Shown in pieces: positions 57,627 through 64,000 of a stretch of DNA of 64,000 nt. How positions within the stretch are numbered: position 1 is the first letter of the stretch; every line of letters begins with the position of its first letter. The notes beneath the pieces were generated by a model that searched no databases, was not told the DNA's origin, and saw only the letters and a list, made by a program, of their open reading frames with translations. The stretch comes from Bacteroidia bacterium (GTDB lineage Bacteria > Bacteroidota > Bacteroidia > Bacteroidales > VadinHA17), in assembly GCA_026391555.1 (NCBI GenBank), contig JAPLEB010000093.1, positions 16,821 through 80,820 on the forward strand, given 5' to 3'. A program made the translations under genes and the position numbers.

Positions 57627-59159
57627 TTATTTAATTGTGCTGTCTGCTTCGCATACTACCCTGAATCCTACATCGATACAATCGGAATACCACCATATAC
57701 TTTTCGGCATTTGGGGATCGGTCACCAGCCATGCTTTTGTTTTTGTGAAATCGCGGGCCGCACTCCTTACATCTTTTGCATCGCTTTTGAACGACCCGCC
57801 GCGAATTACATGCTCTTGTCCGGTTACAGGTCCTTCAGGATTGACCATTTCTGATGAATCGGCTTTATAAGCATCGGGAGAATAATAATCAAAACAAAAC
57901 TCTGACACATTTCCCGACATATTCTTCAATCCAAATGGATTCTCTTTTACTGACACAGGCTCCAAAGTCCTGGAAGAACTATTCAAATTATAAACTACCA
58001 ATGAAGCGATATTTGAAGTATCCGGTCCAAATATCTTCTTTAACAAACCAGATGATGTGAACTCTTTTGGATTTCCCTCAAAGAAATAAGGAGTTTCAGT
58101 TCCACCCCTGCATGCATATTCCCATTCAGCCTCAGTAGGTAGCCGGAATTTTTTACCTGTAACCTTCGACAACCACAGGCAATAAACATTTGCTGCATGC
58201 CACGACATAGTTATTGCTGGCCTGGCGCCTTTGCCCCAGCCCTGGTCGGGAGCGCCCCATGGAGGAGTTGCTCCACTGATAGCATCCACATTCTTTTTGC
58301 TGACCACCTGGCCTTCTGTTCTTCCCTGCGAACCAGTTGCCCTGAAGAAGGCTAAGTATTCATCCCATGTAACCTCAGTTTTGGCCATCCAGAATTTCGA
58401 TACGGTCACTTTCCGGACAGGACCCTCATCGGGTTTGCGTAATGGCTCACCATCAGGACTTCCCATGTTAAATGTTCCTTCCGGGATTGCCACCATTTCA
58501 AATGACACATTTGAGCCCGGTATCATTTCATTGAAGTTTTCAAATTTTTCAACTTTGGCAGATTCAGTGAAAATAGCCTTATTTGCTGTAATCGTAACAC
58601 CAAAACTTGTGTCATGAGCATGTATGGCATTCCTGTCGTAATGCCCGACATTAAGGTGACAGTTGATGCAATTTAACGGTTCCCTGGATGTCGTATAGAA
58701 AAGGTGGGCATTGCCGCCATTGACGGATAATTTAACCGGGAAAAGGTTCTGATGGCATTCGAGACATGATTTTTCATAAACGAATCCTTTTGCGTTTTCA
58801 AGTAATTTTTTCTCCTGCCAGTTTAACTTTGCACTGTCTTTTAAGAAATACCCATAGACATCCTTGATCCCATGTTTTGCTTTTGCAAGAAGGTATCCAT
58901 GACCTTCGGGAGGCAGATGACAATCAGCACAATGGGTAATGCTTCCTGAGTGATTATTATAATGCGTTGACAATTTCCAGCTCTGATCTGCCTGTGGGTG
59001 AATATGGCACGATACACAATATTTATCGGAAGAAGTGTAAGATACAACTGATTTCCCCGATTTCAAAAAGAGGAGACCTAAAATGAAGCCCACAATAATA
59101 AACCAGACTTTTGTCCTGACCCTTATAGAAGCCCGGCTACGGAAATTCCTTAAATTCAT
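57627..59159 (-). CDS. Fusion of a membrane-anchored tetraheme NapC/NirT-type cytochrome c and an FGE/SUMF1-like domain
   Basis: N-terminal TM, then CVSCH, CADCH, CLECH, CINCH; then FEMVAIPEGTFNMGS, RLPTEAEWEYACRG, NPFGLKNMSGNVSE, RGGSF, GFRVV. Confidence 0.85.
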   Translation of the reverse strand: MNLRNFRSRASIRVRTKVWFIIVGFILGLLFLKSGKSVVSYTSSDKYCVSCHIHPQADQSWKLSTHYNNHSGSITHCADCHLPPEGHGYLLAKAKHGIKDVYGYFLKDSAKLNWQEKKLLENAKGFVYEKSCLECHQNLFPVKLSVNGGNAHLFYTTSREPLNCINCHLNVGHYDRNAIHAHDTSFGVTITANKAIFTESAKVEKFENFNEMIPGSNVSFEMVAIPEGTFNMGSPDGEPLRKPDEGPVRKVTVSKFWMAKTEVTWDEYLAFFRATGSQGRTEGQVVSKKNVDAISGATPPWGAPDQGWGKGARPAITMSWHAANVYCLWLSKVTGKKFRLPTEAEWEYACRGGTETPYFFEGNPKEFTSSGLLKKIFGPDTSNIASLVVYNLNSSSRTLEPVSVKENPFGLKNMSGNVSEFCFDYYSPDAYKADSSEMVNPEGPVTGQEHVIRGGSFKSDAKDVRSAARDFTKTKAWLVTDPQMPKSIWWYSDCIDVGFRVVCEADSTIK

Positions 59160-59253
59160 TTTCTCCGGAAAAGTTCAATTAAAACTTTCTAAAGTTAATT
59201 GTTTACCGGATTTGGTGACAAAAATTATTGTCTTTTTTAATTAAATTTAACAA

Positions 59254-60186
59254 TCAGAACCTTTTTACATAACCATGACAATATGGAACCTTACCGTTGT
59301 TGAAATAATAATCCTGGTGACAGGCTTCTGCCGGATAGAATTCTGAGGCTTTGGTCACAGTAGTTTCAATTTTATAACCTTTAGTTTTCAGAATGTTCAG
59401 ATCTTTTTCGGCAATATCCTTCTGATCATCATTCATATAGAATATTTCTGACCTGTACTGGTCGCCAATGTCCGGTCCCTGTCTGCCAACCTGGGTTGGA
59501 TCGTGTATCTCAAGGAACAATTTAAGAAGCTTTTCATAAGATATTTTATCAGGGTCATAGACTATCTTAACCGCCTCAGCATGGCCCGTGTTTCCTGTAC
59601 AGACCTCTTTATAAGTCGGATTTTTTACCTGCCCTCCTGTATAACCCGAAGTTACAGAGATTACGCCCGGGGCTTTCTGAAGAAAATATTCAACACCCCA
59701 GAAACATCCGCCGGCAAAAATCGCTGTGCCATATCTCCCTGCTTCGAGTTGAGCAGGTACAAAATCGAGTGAAACGGAATTTACACAATGCCGGATGTTC
59801 TTTTCAGTGAGTCTCTCCCCTGTGAAAACATGACCAAGATGAGCGCCACAGTTGGCACATTCGATTTCGGTTCTCAATCCATCTGCATCCGGAAACCTGT
59901 TAACAGCTCCTTTTATTTCATTATCAAAACTCGGCCATCCGCAATCTGATTCAAATTTGTCGGATGAATAATAAAGCGCCGCTCCGCACTTTTTACAGAC
60001 ATAAGTACCTTTTTCCTTAAAATTTGTAAATTTTCCTGTAAATGGAGATTCGGTACCTTTATTATTAATGACATACGATTCCACTTTTGTGAGATCGTAG
60101 TATTGTAATTTTTCCTGTGAATAAGATTCTTCGCTCATACTGCCAAAGTAAATAAATAATATTAATATAGCATATCTAATATTCAT
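59254..60186 (-). CDS. msrAB: Peptide methionine sulfoxide reductase MsrB-MsrA fusion with signal peptide
   Basis: MsrB: KGTE, CKKC, GWPSF, CANC, HLGHVF, RHCVNS; MsrA: GGCFWG, GHAE, HQDY. Confidence 0.93.
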   Translation of the reverse strand: MNIRYAILILFIYFGSMSEESYSQEKLQYYDLTKVESYVINNKGTESPFTGKFTNFKEKGTYVCKKCGAALYYSSDKFESDCGWPSFDNEIKGAVNRFPDADGLRTEIECANCGAHLGHVFTGERLTEKNIRHCVNSVSLDFVPAQLEAGRYGTAIFAGGCFWGVEYFLQKAPGVISVTSGYTGGQVKNPTYKEVCTGNTGHAEAVKIVYDPDKISYEKLLKLFLEIHDPTQVGRQGPDIGDQYRSEIFYMNDDQKDIAEKDLNILKTKGYKIETTVTKASEFYPAEACHQDYYFNNGKVPYCHGYVKRF

Positions 60187-60498
60187 AACACGCTTTTTAT
60201 GTTAATATTTATTACAAATTTGAAACCAAAAAGTTTCTTTACCAGAACTTTTTAACATATTTATTTGTTCCTAATATCAGATTATGCATAGATTAATAAT
60301 TTGCATCTGTTCAGTATCAAATATAAAGAAGCAGGAAGTCAGAAGTCGTGAGCTAATAGTAGAAAGACTTCGGTCTTCTGGCTTATTAGTTAAAATTTTT
60401 GCAATTAAACGAAATATTTGTTTAAATTTTATTTTAACACAAAGATTGTTTTTTCAATGAAAAGTTTATTTTTGTAAATAATTAATATAGTATCTGGT

Positions 60499-60624
60499 AT
60501 GAAAAAATTTGCTGTTTTACTTATTGTTGCTTTTATTACGGCATTAGTTGCAAGTTCCTGTAGCCAAAAGGAATGTCCGGCTTATTCCAAGGCCAATACG
60601 GAGCAGACAGGTCAGAATGTCTGA
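60499..60624 (+). CDS. Small lipoprotein, 41 aa (absent from the ORF track)
   Basis: MKKFAVLLIVAFITALVASSCSQKECPAYSKANTEQTGQNV*; lipobox ASSC; -7 box TATTTTTG at 60467-60474. Confidence 0.75.
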   Translation: MKKFAVLLIVAFITALVASSCSQKECPAYSKANTEQTGQNV

Positions 60625-60675
60625 TTCCCGGGTTGCTCTTTTAATTTCTCCAATTTTATAAGTTAGCAATAAAAA

Positions 60676-61473
60676 ATGAAGAAGCTGCTTATAATAGCGG
60701 TATTGTTTGCATTTAGTACAGTTTCGCTATATGCCCAGGGTGAATTAGATGAGCAGCAGAAGGTATTTTTCCGTAATGAAATATCTTTTGCAATTCTTCT
60801 TAACACTGACGGTATTGGAGTCAGCTACCGTGGTGCCAAAAGAATTGATTATCTCAATAAGCGTCTCATCGAGATTGAAGCAGGAACTCTGAAACATCCT
60901 AAAGAATATAAACTGTCCAATCCTTATAGTCAGAGTGGTTCTTTTGTGTTTGGCAAACTCAATTCCACCTTTTATCTGAGGGGAGGAATTGGTCATCAGC
61001 ATGAACTTTTCAAAAAAGCCGATCTTGGTGGAATAGCCATCAGGTATTTTTATTCAGCCGGTCCGGTAATAGCATTATACAAACCCTACTTCTATAAGGT
61101 GCTATATCCTATTTCAGCTAATGAATTTGAAATTAAAGAGGAAAGATTTGATGTCTCAATTGCTCTGCCTCAGGATATTTACGGCAGAGCTTCATTTACA
61201 AAAGGACTTGACGAAATTAAAGTACTTCCCGGGTTATTTGCAAAAGGAGGTTTTAATTTCGAGTATAGTAAAGAGGATAAGATAATTCATGCCATAGAGA
61301 TCGGAGCCCAGATTAACGCTTTTCCTAAGAAGGTGCCAATTATGGCCGGTTCCGATAACAAAACTATATTTTTTTCATTATTTATCAGTTACAGGTTTGG
61401 AATGATAATTGACCCACTTGATCCGGAATCAAATAAGCTTTCAAATATTTTCAGGAGAAAAAAGAATAATTGA
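60676..61473 (+). CDS. Secreted, probable outer-membrane beta-barrel hypothetical protein
   Basis: Signal peptide, KHPKE, FGKLN, alternating beta-strand pattern. Confidence 0.65.
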   Translation: MKKLLIIAVLFAFSTVSLYAQGELDEQQKVFFRNEISFAILLNTDGIGVSYRGAKRIDYLNKRLIEIEAGTLKHPKEYKLSNPYSQSGSFVFGKLNSTFYLRGGIGHQHELFKKADLGGIAIRYFYSAGPVIALYKPYFYKVLYPISANEFEIKEERFDVSIALPQDIYGRASFTKGLDEIKVLPGLFAKGGFNFEYSKEDKIIHAIEIGAQINAFPKKVPIMAGSDNKTIFFSLFISYRFGMIIDPLDPESNKLSNIFRRKKNN

Positions 61474-61519
61474 TCCTTTTTACATCTTGCCTTTTAGCTG
61501 GAAAATATTAATTTTGTGA

Positions 61520-62554
<1,035 letters not shown>

Positions 62555-62574
62555 TAAGCATATATAACTAAAAA

Positions 62575-62602
62575 GTAGTGACAGGTCGTGACCTGTCGCT
62601 AC
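62575..62602. repeat. 28-bp GTAG-type REP-like palindrome, probably also a bidirectional terminator
   Basis: GTAGTGACAGGT-CGTG-ACCTGTCGCTAC flanked by an A-run and a T-run, between convergent genes. Confidence 0.75.
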
Positions 62603-62605
62603 TTT

Positions 62606-62983
62606 TTAAACGATCATCTCCATCTCTAACAGAATACCTGCTGTATCGCGATAGTGTTCACCAAGTTCGAGCATTGCTTCATCGTCTTCCTCATAAAGCC
62701 ATTTCATTTTTACAAGCTTTCCTGAATGCTTGTAACTTGTCAGTCTTTTTAGTATCTCGTACAGATACTTTGAGGAGCCGCTGTTAATATATTCAAGTTG
62801 AATAATTACATCCAGCCCGCTATTCTTTGCAAAATGGAGTGTAATCCATTCTTCAAGACGCCTGAAGATCAGCTCAGGATTTTCAGGAATTGACCGTCCG
62901 ACCAGTTCAAGTTTATTTGCATCGGGGTAATAGACCATACCCGGACAATTTTTTAACTCTTCCTGAATTACATATTTTTCCAT
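62606..62983 (-). CDS. DUF1987 / SiaC-family protein
   Basis: GRSIPEN, LEYINSGSSK, WLYEEDDE.M.ELGE. Confidence 0.85.
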   Translation of the reverse strand: MEKYVIQEELKNCPGMVYYPDANKLELVGRSIPENPELIFRRLEEWITLHFAKNSGLDVIIQLEYINSGSSKYLYEILKRLTSYKHSGKLVKMKWLYEEDDEAMLELGEHYRDTAGILLEMEMIV

Positions 62984-62994
62984 ATTCTGATAAT

Positions 62995-64000
62995 TTATTC
63001 GTATCTTAAAGCTTCAATAGGATCAATATTAGCAGCTTTTACAGCCGGTGCATAACCTGAAACAACACCTACAATAAAACAGACAACTATGCCGGTCATT
63101 ACCCATACCCAGGGAATTACAAAACTTGACCTCAGCATTGAAGATACAGCATTTCCGATAAGTATTCCAAGAATAATTCCAAAAACACCCCCAAGCTGGC
63201 CTATCAGTATCGATTCAAAAAGGAATTGGTACTTAATAGTCTGCGTTTTTGCCCCTATAGCTTTTCTTATACCTATTTCGCGTGTCCGTTCTGTTACTGA
63301 GACAAGCATAATATTCATAAGTCCGACTGCAGCACCAAATAAGGTAACGATGCCAATAATTGTAGCGGCAAGTGTAACATACCTGAGGTTCTTGAGAAGC
63401 ATGTTAACAATGTTGTCGCTCTTTGAAATATTAAAATCCGATTCATCCCTTGGATTAAGATTCCGTACAATCCTGAAAAGAGCTTCCGCCTCACCTGTCA
63501 TCATATCGAGATTCACTGGGTTTATAGGCATAATAGTAAGGCTGAATGACATATTTGGGCGTGAAAAGTACTGCCGGGCAGTAGTGACAGGCATAAAGCA
63601 CACATTATCACCGTTAATGGCACTGGCGCCCTTGCTCTTAAGAACCCCGGCAACCTGAAGTTTTAATCCTGCCACAGTAATCACTTTCCCCAGAGGGTCA
63701 ACACCCGAAGGGAAAAGATCCTTCACTATATCTGCACCAATAAGTACAAGATGCCGGTTCAATTGAACCTCATCAGCAATGAAATTTCTTCCTGATTCAA
63801 TCTCATAACCAGAAACAGTAAGATGGTTTTCATCAACACCCATAAGGCTGACATTCGGATTTGTCTCCTCTGAACCATACTTCACAGTTGATAATCTTGA
63901 AGCACTGAAGGAAATGGAAACCCATGCGGCCTCAGTAAAACGACTTTTAAACTCTTCAGCTTCCCTGTAAGAGATACGCGAAAAGTTTTTTGCCCTGTAT
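62995..64000 (-). CDS. ABC transporter permease (MacB/FtsX family), 5' end outside window
   Basis: Frame open to the window edge; [40 protein letters not shown]. Confidence 0.92.
   Translation of the reverse strand, partial: YRAKNFSRISYREAEEFKSRFTEAAWVSISFSASRLSTVKYGSEETNPNVSLMGVDENHLTVSGYEIESGRNFIADEVQLNRHLVLIGADIVKDLFPSGVDPLGKVITVAGLKLQVAGVLKSKGASAINGDNVCFMPVTTARQYFSRPNMSFSLTIMPINPVNLDMMTGEAEALFRIVRNLNPRDESDFNISKSDNIVNMLLKNLRYVTLAATIIGIVTLFGAAVGLMNIMLVSVTERTREIGIRKAIGAKTQTIKYQFLFESILIGQLGGVFGIILGILIGNAVSSMLRSSFVIPWVWVMTGIVVCFIVGVVSGYAPAVKAANIDPIEALRYE

Noticed and set aside
57627-58560. Formylglycine-generating enzyme for sulfatase maturation
   Set aside because: Catalytic cysteine pair absent after RGGS; no sulfatase nearby
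63089-63658. 189-aa plus-strand ORF
   Set aside because: Antisense shadow of the ABC permease

Overview
AT-rich chromosomal window from an anaerobic Bacteroidales-type organism. Evidence for this: TAnnTTTG -7 promoter boxes, a T9SS C-terminal domain, IorAB and many Tat-exported sugar oxidoreductases. About 50 CDS; no rRNA, tRNA, CRISPR array, integrase or transposase recognised. Housekeeping content: POT transporter, thrA-thrC-thrH (no thrB), ggt, murB, mltG, ssb, iorAB, msrB-msrA fusion, gap. Most notable: (1) a ~9 kb minus-strand operon led by a tetraheme NapC/NirT-type cytochrome fused to an FGE-like domain, followed by two Tat Gfo/Idh/MocA oxidoreductases, a ThuA lipoprotein, a GT2, a GT-C/TPR glycosyltransferase and a tiny membrane-anchored peptide. 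(2) A six-gene hydrogenase-4-like (Ehr-type) complex lacking all NiFe ligands and 3 of 4 proximal-cluster cysteines. (3) A 10-bp-periodic repeat array between a Zn-finger gene and a tip-less ssb. (4) A 2.8 kb Crp/Fnr-DUF6132-ferredoxin-ATPase module bounded by a duplicated glycosyltransferase 3' end. (5) A heparinase II/III-CE15 esterase fusion among 3-keto-glycoside pathway genes. (6) Covarying GTAG REP-like palindromes and an unannotated 41-aa lipoprotein. All family calls come from motif recognition by eye; no database searches were run.
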